NCBI GenBank assembly: GCA_026914245.1
Contig: CP110439.1
Location: forward strand, 310,001 to 374,000
Length of the DNA stretch: 64,000 nucleotides
DNA from: Puccinia triticina
Lineage: Eukaryota
Direction: 5' to 3'
The notes under the pieces were generated by a model, which saw only the letters and a program-made list of their open reading frames with translations, had not been told where the DNA came from and ran no database searches. Both the position numbers and the translations under genes were made by a program. Shown here one piece after another: positions 53,507-63,800 of this stretch (position 1 is the stretch's first letter; every line of letters begins with the position of its first letter).

Positions 53507-56500
53507 TTACTTTTGTCCTTGCCCCTTCTCACGGAAGTAGTACTTCTTAACCTGGTCAGCCGCAAATCGCCTCTTGAGCTCGGTGCCGTCCAACTCGGCT
53601 AAAATGTAGGAGCCTCCTTCAACTTGGCGGACAACACGGTAAGGCCCGTTTCACCTATTAGCAAACAACTGGCCTCACTGTATCTCCAGTGACCGATTAT
53701 AGGCCATAACCATCTCGCCCGGCTCGAGTGCGTCGCGAAGCCTGTCAGAGCGCTTGTCCGTCCAGTATCTGACCGAATCATTTCGTGCTTCCATCATTTT
53801 GCGATAGGCAATGCCGCGGGTTTCTTCGCTGCGCTCGAGTTGCAGGGATCTAGCCACCAGAAGGTCCGCCGTAGTGCGCACTGATTCCCACTCGACACCG
53901 AGGTAAGACTCCATTTCCAAATCAATTGGCAAGACCGCTCGCTGCCCAAAGACCAACTCGTACGGCGCGTAGCCTGTTGTGCGCTTTGTTGAGACCCGGT
54001 CCGCAAAGAGGACCAGTGGAAGAAACTTGCGGCAATTTTTGCCGCTCTCGCTGGCTAATTTGACCAACGCTGCCTTCAAAGGTGCGTGCCCTTGCTTGAC
54101 CATACCCTGTCCTTCCGGGTAATAAGGAGTGGAAACCCGATGTTGTCCCGGCAAAGCCCAAAGCATCTTGGCCAGCGCACCTCCGAATTCTGAACCGCCG
54201 TCCGTTGAATAGGCTTGAGCAGGGCCGTAACGCATCGTCCAATGCTCCTGAAGGAAAGAGGCCACCGCCTTGGAGGTCAAGTTGTTCAGAATTTTGGCTT
54301 CTACCCAGCCCGAAAAATCATTGCGTGCCACGATAAGGTACTTAGCTCTGCTGGCCTTCAAATGCACCGCATCCATGGCCACTCGACCAAAAACCGTTGA
54401 TTCTCCAGTTGGGTAACGCTGCTCCAGAGGTCTTCGAAGACTGCGCCGCTGACAGGTGTCGCAACTCTGACACCAACGCGCCACGGATTGCTTCAAAGAG
54501 GGCCACCAAAAACGCTCAGAAACTCTTCAATAGGTCTCTGTCACCCCGCGGTGACCCAAATCCTTGTGTAGCTGCCGAAGGACTTCCTCTTGCTTCGACG
54601 GAATTGTGATGACTGTTCGCGGGAGAGGACTTCCTCTCTTCATGAGTCTTCCATTCTGAACAAAGAAATCCAACAACTTTCTCTTCAAAGCTCAGAACTC
54701 CTCGGCGGCCATCCCCTTGGGTTTAATCAAGTTGGTTAGAAACTGCTCCATTTGGCGCCAACAACCTTCCTGGTATCCCCTGTACTTGTCCATCCGAGCC
54801 GGAAAAGAGCACACCGGCCGGATCAAAGGGGCTCCCTCGTCAAAGTCTGAGGGAGGGTCGGATTCCTTGTCACCTTGTGGACGCCGTGACAAGCCGTCCG
54901 GCATAGTGAAAGATTTGCCGGGACAATGGACAACGTCAAAGGAGAACAGCTGTATGAAAGATACCCAACGCGTCATCGGCGCATTGAGCAAAATCGGAGC
55001 GTTGATCATTTGAACCAGGGACTGAGCGTCCCCCTGTAGCTCGAAATGCTGCCCCCACAATACTGTTTGAAGCTTCTTCAGTATCCGGGCGACGCCACAT
55101 AGCTCAAGCTTTGCCTGCGAATATTGTGACTCCACACCCGAGAAGAGCAGAGACTCGTAAAGCGCCGGACGATCCAGACCATTCAAGTCTTCCTGGGCAA
55201 GCACCGCGCCCGCGGCGTGAAAGCTAGAATCCACCGCGAGCTTGAGCTTCCCAGCATCCGGACCATAGTCAATCTTGACCAAAACAATGTCTTTCCCAAC
55301 AATATTCTTGAGTTCCTGGAAGGCCTGCTCGCATTCCTCGGTCCAATGCCATTCTGAATCCTTGCGCGTCAGTTGGCGGAGGGGAAGGCAGATCTGAGAC
55401 AATGATGGAATGAAAATTCGAACGTAGACGACGACACCCAGGAAACCTCGCACTTCGGTCGCGCTGACGGGAGTTGGCCATGACACAATCTTGTTGACTT
55501 TACTGACCACCATTTTCCTGCCCTCTTTACAAACCACGTGGCCCACAATTTCTAAAGCAGGAACGCAGGCCGCCAGCTTTGATGCAGAAACCGTCAGACC
55601 GGATTCCTCAATCCGAAAAAGAATGCGCTCTAGAACCTCGGCGTACTCCCAAATGAAGCGCCGAATTCCACGATGCCAGGACAGAAGCTCGCCGCCGTAG
55701 TCAGATTTTGGGCCTTTGATTCCCCCATTGTTGATGAAGATGCCGGCATGCTCGGGGATCTCGTCTTGTAGTATCCAAACCATTTGCGCTTGGTAGACGG
55801 CTACTGAGTTTGTGGCTCCTTGGGGAAGTCGGGTCAACTGGAACCGACCTAGAGGTGTGTCGAAAGTAGTCAAAGGCCAAGAAATGGGGTGTAGTGCGCG
55901 CTCGTCGTAGCCGCCCATAATATCCCCAAGGCCGTAACACGCGCGGCCCGAGAAAGACTCAACAAATTCCTCCGTAGCCGGAGGAACCCCAGCGTCCCAA
56001 ATCGTCACCTTATTCAGCGGTTGCAGATCATGTACTACCCTGAGTTTGCCGTTTCCTTTTAGAACACAGAAGACGGGGCTAGAGTAGCTTGACGTCGACT
56101 GTTTGTATAGACCATTTTGAACTCTTTCCCGGATGATGCGGATATACTCCTCAATCTTGGCGGCTGGAATTGGAATCTTTCCCTTCTGCCACGGTTCATG
56201 TTTGATGACGGGGATGATATAAGGGAGTCCGTAGGTCCCCTTCAGCAGTCCACGCTCATCCTCGGTGAAGGCAATGCAAGGTTGCGTTCCGCCAGGACGT
56301 TCTTGATCAAAGACAACTCGTCCGGGTAGAGCCAGCCCTCTGGGCCAAAGTTAACCACCAAAAGGCGCTCCTCCGTTACTCAACCCTTGGGTACAAAAGT
56401 CCCGGCTAGAGAGTGAGATAAGCCTTGATACGGGTCGCGTGAAAGAGGCGGGCAGCGAAGCGGAGGGTTCAATTCCTGAGGCATTGGCTGATTCACCGGT

Positions 56501-57462
56501 TTGACCTTCTTGGCGACGGGTTTGTACTTGGCCGCCAACGCCAAGTAGCCATCCTCCTTCCATGATCGCACCAAGTCCACCTGCGCGCCGTACTGGAGCC
56601 CGCAATCCAGAAGAAGACTTGTCCGATGCTCTCCCCAACTCCCGAATGCTGCCTTATCTGAAAATGAGAGTCCAGCCGGGAATTTTTCGCTCACGTATGT
56701 GGCACGGGGCAGGGTTTTCGACAATTGGGGAGCATCGCGCCTCAGAGGTGCATATTGGGAGGAACTTACTTTGTTACTCCCAATCCTCCGCCGTATCTCG
56801 GAATCCTGTTTACCGACTTGAACCTCTGTTCCCAAAGAAATTAGTTTACCCTTGTCTCGGAGGCCGTCATAAGACGTAAATAGTTTTCCCTCTTTGCGGA
56901 GGAGGAGTAGTTTAATCTCTTTGCGGAGACGATCGCGGATTGAATCTTGAGCCTTCTCCAGAGCTGAGAATTGAGAATTAACTGAGGGTTCCCGTGATGG
57001 GGCTGAGGCCTCCTTGAGATGAAACAAGGATAGTTTATTCTCTTCTCGGAGACGGCGATCCAAGCTTGGAAGGTTGACAACACTGGGAAACAAACCGGGC
57101 GTACAGGGGCGGCTCACAACGTGGCAAGTAATGTTTTGACGCGTGTAGAGATACCCTGGAGGTGCACTATGGATGGGACTTACTTCTGTCTCTCCTGTGC
57201 CCCGCGGCATATCCCTTTCCTTCCCTCTCGCGCCTCTCCTAGTGTACAACTGAGACTTGAAACTGAAATAAAACTGAAAGCTGATCTTCTTTTTGACGTT
57301 TTTGATTATCTGTAAATGTTTTTCGGATTTGCTGATTTGATGATTGGATGAAGAATTGAAAAGAAAATTGGGCCGATGATACTCTGAAAGATAAGTTGAT
57401 TCGACGGCAAGAGTTTGAGCATCTAGATTAAAACTGCCGAGAACCGAACCAACTGTGCTCAT
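53507..57462 (-). pseudogene. pol: pol: linker, RT, RNase H and integrase, with premature stops and a frameshift
   Basis: RT (LPQGATNS; FINN in place of FIDD), RNase H (VDSS, YSQAKLEL) and integrase (GHRG, CDTCQR, MDAVH, STDGG). Premature stops at 56380, 54692 and 53675. The natural stop is probably the TAA at 53509-53507. Confidence 0.92.
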
Positions 57463-59591
57463 AAAAAAGGATGTTCTTCCAAAGGATCCTTGGGGAGCCG
57501 CGCCACATGAGTAAGCACAGCCTTACGACCATGACCCGGAAAATCACGCTCCCATCGTCCAGAGCCAGTCAAGCACAGCAAAACCTTGATGCTGCGGCCT
57601 GAAGCGTCCGGAACAATGAGCTTCTTGCCAGTTTGCAATGAGAACGCCAAAGTTGCCGCTACATCCATCAAGAACGGTCGACCGAGGATCAACGGCCCGT
57701 CCATTTTTGTAATCCAGAAATGACACGTCTTGACCAAAGTTTTGCTGATCCGTATCGGAACGTCTTCAGCCACTCCCATCAGCTCGCATGCTTGGTTGTT
57801 GATGCCGTAGACCGCCGATGTGAAATTCACTCGCAGACTTAGATTGAATTGATTAGCCATTGTATCCGAGATCAGATTAAGCTGTGAACCGGAGTCCACA
57901 AGAGGGGAAGCCAAAACTTCGTCGTTGCCAATGAAGCACGGAAGATGGCCCAGTGGGCACGAATAGAGGTTTGGATCCAACCCCAAATCGCGGTCGGAGA
58001 CCTCGGCCAAAGTACCCGAGTTCACCTTTAGCTCCTCACTTCCCACCTCGACTCGACGCCTTGAAACCCACTTCTTCATGCCTTCAGCTATAGAGGGTGA
58101 AATAGCCATGAGTTTGGAGACAGTGATGTCCGGAACTTTCAAAATCAATATCTTTTTCAGCACGCCGTCCACCGCGTTTGGATGCTCGCGCGAAACCTCC
58201 CGTTCAAAGCGTACTTTTGGACTTGCGGGTTTTGTGGGTGGAGCTGAGACCAAAGGGGTGTCAGCCGCCAATTCAGAAGGATCTTCGCGCCCTGTACCTC
58301 GCTTGAACAGGATTTGCTCCTCATCCATGGCGCTCCTTTCCTCTGGAACCGGTGGAGTTGGAGCCCTTTGGAGGGGCCGCTTTGCGGCACTAGAAGGAAC
58401 TGATGGAGCCTTAAAAGGTTTAGGGTCCTTGTGTCTCTTCCTTCCAGCGGGATCAGCCTCATGAACGCCCGAAAATGACTGTGACGACACGGCTGGGGGG
58501 TACCACGGTTGAAGCGACCCACAGCCGACCTTGAATCCTGGAGGCGATTCTACACTGGCTTGATTTGCCATCGGCCTAGAAGGTTGGAACGAGGCGACCA
58601 CATGGCAAATAGGCCTACTCGAATCCCAAGGAATCAGCGCTCCGTTCGGAAGGAAGAAATTCGTGCCCTTCTGCTCGACTAGTTTGTCGTCCTTATCCTT
58701 CTGAAGTTCAAAACAACGAGCGGTCCCGTGTCCCTCACAATGGCAATAAAAGCATACCATTGGACCTCGAGGTCCTGAAGCCTGTGACGGACGCCCAGCC
58801 GCCCACTTCTGCTCTAGCTTTTGCTCAAAGGACTCAAACATCTTAACCACATTGTCCATATTTGGCGCCGGCCTAGCAGTCTGCGGAACATCCTTGAGGC
58901 GCTTATCCGCCCCCATCTTCTTCATCACCTCGTTGGCCTCCTTCAAAGTGGATGAGGCCACAGGTTTGACGGACTTCGTGTCTTCGAAAATTAGGGCTGT
59001 CTGTCTCCTCATTACCTCGTTGATCGCTGTTTTGAGGACCTCAAACTTGGGGAGCTTAAACCTCCTATCGACCGTAGTGATCATCGTATTATCCTTGAAC
59101 AGCTGATCCCAAATTCTCTCCTGAACGGCAGACGAGAACAACTGATAGTAATTGTTACGAATCTCCTTGACAGATTCGACATGACCCTTCGCGATGAGAT
59201 ACGCTTGAATGGGCTCCCATTCTTTTTGGAGCTCCTGATATTCCGCGACCGAGGACACGCCTCCCCTAGCAATCCAGCCTTCCTTCAGATCTTGGATGTC
59301 CCGCGCCGTAAATCTCGCCAAATCGATCTCTCCCCAATACGACAACATTGAAGCCTTCAATTTAGGCCAGTTCGGCGGCTCGTAGCCTTCCAAGGTCTCG
59401 AGTACGTCGAGAAGCTCGTCGTCCACAAAGAAAAACAACTGCTCCGCCATATCCTGACCCGTCGCCTTATCCAGACGAGCCGCAATGTGATACTGCTGGA
59501 GAAAACGCTCTACATTGGTTCCATCGAACCTCAGCGTCTTCCTGTGCGGAGGCTTGATCTTGACAGGCTCGACGGTGACTGGGTCGGCCAT
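57459..59591 (-). CDS. gag: Gag plus aspartic protease polyprotein (710 aa)
   Basis: FDG.NV..FL..Y capsid N-terminus, CCHC knuckle CFYC...GH....C, protease LVDSGSQLN and ILGRPFL. Confidence 0.92.
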   Translation of the reverse strand: MADPVTVEPVKIKPPHRKTLRFDGTNVERFLQQYHIAARLDKATGQDMAEQLFFFVDDELLDVLETLEGYEPPNWPKLKASMLSYWGEIDLARFTARDIQDLKEGWIARGGVSSVAEYQELQKEWEPIQAYLIAKGHVESVKEIRNNYYQLFSSAVQERIWDQLFKDNTMITTVDRRFKLPKFEVLKTAINEVMRRQTALIFEDTKSVKPVASSTLKEANEVMKKMGADKRLKDVPQTARPAPNMDNVVKMFESFEQKLEQKWAAGRPSQASGPRGPMVCFYCHCEGHGTARCFELQKDKDDKLVEQKGTNFFLPNGALIPWDSSRPICHVVASFQPSRPMANQASVESPPGFKVGCGSLQPWYPPAVSSQSFSGVHEADPAGRKRHKDPKPFKAPSVPSSAAKRPLQRAPTPPVPEERSAMDEEQILFKRGTGREDPSELAADTPLVSAPPTKPASPKVRFEREVSREHPNAVDGVLKKILILKVPDITVSKLMAISPSIAEGMKKWVSRRRVEVGSEELKVNSGTLAEVSDRDLGLDPNLYSCPLGHLPCFIGNDEVLASPLVDSGSQLNLISDTMANQFNLSLRVNFTSAVYGINNQACELMGVAEDVPIRISKTLVKTCHFWITKMDGPLILGRPFLMDVAATLAFSLQTGKKLIVPDASGRSIKVLLCLTGSGRWERDFPGHGRKAVLTHVARLPKDPLEEHPFL

Positions 59592-59917
59592 GTTGATCTT
59601 GATGATCTTCAGACTGCGAGCAAAGAAAGAAAAGCAAACGACGGCGGCTCACAGCGTGGCAGGTAATGCTAACAACGGTGTGTAGAGAGCCCGGAGGTGC
59701 TACTATGGAGGGGACTTACTTTGACCCTCCTGTGCCCCGCTGGTAGCACAAACAAACGAAAAAAAGAAAAGAAATCCAATCGTCTTGCTCCTGAAACAAA
59801 GTTCCTGAAATGCCTTGAGACTGCTTGAGGTTCCAAATTCCCGATTTAATCACAAACAAAAGACAAAAGAAAGAATCAATCCAGCCTAAGACCACCAGTC
59901 CGTCTCGAAATCCTGAG

Positions 59918-59968
59918 GCGAGACTGTAAATCTTGAAGTCGCTGGTTCGATCCCGGCTCGGGGGACCA
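59918..59968 (+). other. Extended primer-binding region: 3' two-thirds of mature tRNA-Tyr(GUA) including CCA; not a complete tRNA gene
   Basis: Anticodon arm CGAGA-CTGTAAA-TCTTG, variable loop AAGTC, T arm GCTGG-TTCGATC-CCGGC, then TCGGGGG-A-CCA, 2 nt from the 5' LTR. The D arm and 5' acceptor strand are absent. Confidence 0.92.
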
Positions 59969-59970
59969 AA

Positions 59971-60829
59971 TATGGACTCCTGTCAGGTCTGAGCTGAGGC
60001 AGTCTGTTGAGGGGAAGGTGCTGAGTGCTGCCCTTGTCGGTGGTCCTGCAAAGTATTTGGGTACGGGTCAAAAGATGTGATAGCGGTGGCAAGGGGATTT
60101 GTTGAGAGGGAACGAGGGAGTTGGAATACCCTCGGCGGTATTGGTTGGGTAGAAAAGCTCGGAAAGAGGAAAGAAAAACGCTAAAAGAAGCCGGCGCGGT
60201 CGTCGGAGTATCAGGGGGTGATTAGATGAAGGGAGGAACTCAGAAGACTTGGGTACTCAAACTCAAAAGAAGATGCGGAAATGGATCGACACCATCCGGG
60301 ATCAATAAACTCAGAAAACGTGATGATATCTTGTTCCTTATGGGGGGGAGACCAGAATACCATGCGGATCCCTCCTCCAAGTTTGGCTGAACTTGGAGTC
60401 AGGGCCGCGACATGCTGCGCGACGAGCCCTCGTGCCCGCCGCGCCCCTACAACTAAGATGAGCAGAGAAAGAAAGAGAACAACCAAAGAGACGAAAACCA
60501 AAAAAAAAAGGTTGAGGAAACAAACAAAACCAAAACAAAACCGCCACCAACTCAACCATCCAACGCGCCCAAGGAAGAAACATAAAAAGAAAAACATATG
60601 TAACAAAATAATAAAAGAAAGAGAAATCAAAGACAAAACAAACCAACACAAAGAAAGGGAAAGGAGAAAAGAAAAGAAAGGAAGGAAAAGAGGGAGAGAG
60701 AAATTAGAACAGGAGCCTGGAAAGATCTTGAGGATGTTGCTCGCGCCGCCCGCCGGGTATTGAAGGTCTTGATGATCTTGAGGCCTTGTTCCTAGTGTCT
60801 TGACCCTGAGTAGGCGCCAGAACCCCACA
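59971..60829 (-). repeat. 5' LTR (859 bp)
   Basis: Direct repeat of 52490-53347; followed on the minus strand by a TGG-initiated PBS. Confidence 0.97.
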
Positions 60830-63800
60830 GCGTACAATAGGGTGACAAATCAGGCACTTTTTGTACCAGAGGGGGATTTCTGACGAGTGAATGAGGGTAA
60901 AATTTAAGAAAAAATTAGTGTACATGCCCTGATGGAATATGATTTGTCACCCTGTTGTACGCGCGCACAATAGGGTGACAAATCACAGACCAATCACACA
61001 TTTTTTTAGAACAGAGGGGCATTTGCAGCTGAGTGATTTATGAACTGTGTCACCCTGGTGTACCCAGCCAAAATAAAGTTCTCCTGCTCTTGTGCAAATG
61101 TTAAAACATTTTGCACTTCTGATATTTTCTTTATCCAAATCTACACAGTTGTGTTTCAGACATGATATATATTTGATGAAGGCAGTTCACCCCAATGTAA
61201 AAAAAAATTGGATATGCAAGAGCTACCTGATTTTGAAATGAAGAACTTAAGTTAGGATTAACATGAACTTGGCTTCAAGATGAATTCAACATAGTTGAAT
61301 GATAGTTCACGTCCAAAGGTTACATATCACTCCAAATCAGATTGGTCTATAGTTCTTGCCCAGTAATTTAACAATTCAACATCACATTGTAAGGACTTCT
61401 GCCACAGTTCAGACAAAAGCTAACCTCAAATTCAGCTGTGGCACTCCCTGGTGAGTGCCCCCAAACCTTCCCTGGTGTAATTACCCCTGTATGACAGCTC
61501 ATGCAGTCTACTTTCACCTTATGCATGCATTATAATGTTCTGTTGTATATTCTGAAATCATGTATGCACCCCCGGCATGTTTAGAATGTTTTGCTGTATA
61601 TTCTGACACCATTCATGCGCCCCTGAGGGGTCATGACATCATTTGTATCTACTACCACCAGCTAAAATCCCTCACCCTGTTGTCTAGATTAGCTGAAACC
61701 CTAACCCACAAGCCCCCTCTGGGGCTCCACTTTTGTCTATAAAAGGAGCTCTCTCCACCCCTAGTGGTCTACTCCCCAGTTCCTCACCCAGAACTCACAA
61801 GTCACCCAACACTCATCCACACTCAAATCCTAAAACCCTTATAACAGGAATTCAAACCTTATAATAAAAGAATTCAACCCTTATAAAAAATAATTAAAAC
61901 ACTTCCACGTTGCCAGTCAAACAGATTTCATCTGGAACAGACCAGACCTATCACTTAATAAAACATGCCAAGCTTGTTGACTGATGACAGAAGGGCAGAG
62001 CTTGCAACTCCATCATACCCTTTGAAATTCAGCAAAAGGGTTTCATTACCGCTTTTGAGTCTTACAACGGTCAAAGGTGCATGGTAGCCTGCCATGGGTT
62101 AGTGTTGGGCTACTTCACCAGTGACTCCGATTTCTGCTTGACAGGTTGGAGTTTGCCCTCATCAGTGCTGGTACTTTCACAAGGTTAGTGTGCGTACTCA
62201 TGTGATGGTCTGATAGCCATATCAGTGAGAGGTGTTGAGATGAAAAAGCTAAAGAACCACAGGACTGTGGAGCTGAAGCATCTTGGAAATGGAAAAATGG
62301 TGTCTCACAAAGGCACTGTACACGCAAGCTTATCTTGTTTTTCTGTTGAGCTGAGGTTCTCATCAGAAGTGTTTGAGCTCTTGGGGACCAGTTCACTATG
62401 TATCACCTTCAAATACATGTTTGAGTGTACAGAAAAAACAAAGGCCAATACTACAGAGGTGTGCACCAAGATATTCAGAGTTGCTGTTGGTGTGGTATTG
62501 GCCCCTAATATGGTCCAAAGGTTGTTGGAATTTGAACTTGTTCTTGCTCTCCAGTATTTCCTCTCTGTCTATCACTAGACTGTTGCATGTCTTTCACAGC
62601 CCATTTATGCATGTATTTCTTTCCTATTCACTATGAGTCTTCAAACATGTGCCCACAACTTGACCATCTTGTAGTTAGTCTATTTAAAAACCTCAGACTT
62701 CATAGGAATCAGATCATCAGTCTTGACCAGCTTGATCCCTTGTGTGCACTTCATGAGCCCGCACATTGTTCTTACCTACAAAGGCACTTAAGCCCCTTCA
62801 AAGTAAGCCTCAGCTCCTTTTCAGACTTGTTGTCTGCTATTGGCTAAACCAAGATTTTTCCCTCTGCTTGCTTTGCTCCCCTCTGGCTTTAATTTTTTCA
62901 AAGGTTGTGCATGTTGTGGTGCAATAGTACAAAGTCCAAGTCAATTCAGATAGCTGTACAATCTTCTAGATCACACCGTGTTATAGTGGATATAGGGTTG
63001 GGAGATGGCCAGTGCCTAGGACTACACCTGCTGCTGTGCATTTCCCCAAAATTTTGAAATTTGTTCATAAAAGCTTTAAATTGGGATCCAAAGTTTAGTG
63101 AAATTCAATTGTGAACCCCCCTAATAAGAGTAAAACCACGATATAGTGGGGCTAATACTGTAGAGTGAACAAGTGTTGTACTGTTATGGGGTAAGCTGAG
63201 TGCAAGTAGTTTGCTGAGAGAAATGACAACTAGGGGGAGGAGAGCCTCCTTGAATAGAAAAGAGTCAGACATTTTAGCTGCAGGGGAACAAGAGAATGAG
63301 GGATTTCAGCTGGTGGTTGACAGGTCACATGAGGTAATGATGTCATATGAGGGAATTTAGCTAGCTTGGACTGTAAAATGATGTCATGGTCACATGCTGC
63401 CATCCTGTCATGATTTCATCTGCAAGCTGCATGAGGGGTTTTTGCTAGCTTGACACCTGCATGATCCTGCATGATGTCATCTGTCAACTGTCACTCTTCA
63501 GCCCCTATTGCATTAGTCAGCATGTGCCTGCATAATACTGCAAAAGACTACATAAGACTGCATAAGAGTGCATAAGAGTGTATCAAGTGTGCATAACACT
63601 GCATGACATTGCATGACATTGCATTAAATTGTATGACACTGTATGACACTGCATGACACTGCATGAAATGTGCATAACACAATGTGATGAGTGCAGCTGA
63701 TGAGGTAATGTATATGTAAAGGGTAGACATGTTGTCAGAGTGGTCCATGTAACAGATTACATGGCCCCTGGGTAAGTGTTGTTTATATAACAGATTACAT

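Larger units (their letters stand above)
52490..60829 (-). mobile_element. Full-length Ty3/gypsy LTR retrotransposon without a chromodomain (possibly Ylt1-like), inactivated
   Basis: Two ~858-bp LTRs, 4-bp TSD GCGT (52486-52489 and 60830-60833), PBS, PPT, and domain order Gag-PR-RT-RH-IN. Confidence 0.97.

Noticed and set aside
53400..53680. Chromodomain after the integrase
   Set aside because: The frame ends shortly after the GPY/F-type region and no chromodomain motif is visible.
56658..57183. Splicing both B and C (101+112 = 213 nt) restoring the pol frame
   Set aside because: The intervening exon hits a TAA after 15 codons in the shifted frame.
57083..57206. Repeated cassette as a hairpin or twister ribozyme
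   Set aside because: CATTAC and AGAA/GTC resemble hairpin-ribozyme pieces, and copy A has twister-like words on the plus strand. The partner loop (AGAAAC) and the twister pseudoknot pairings are not conserved across the four copies.
59890..59968. Functional tRNA-Tyr gene
   Set aside because: It has no D arm or 5' acceptor strand, has an encoded CCA, and abuts the LTR as the PBS.
60211..60837. Hydrophobic 208-aa ORF in the LTR as an env-like or membrane protein
   Set aside because: It is a translation of a T-rich low-complexity tract, and the frame differs between the two LTRs.
62040..62850. Transposase remnant in the foldback repeat
   Set aside because: It looks like decayed coding sequence, but I could not recognise any motif in any frame.
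63549..63680. CRISPR-like array
   Set aside because: It is a simple 10-bp minisatellite without spacers, in eukaryotic DNA.
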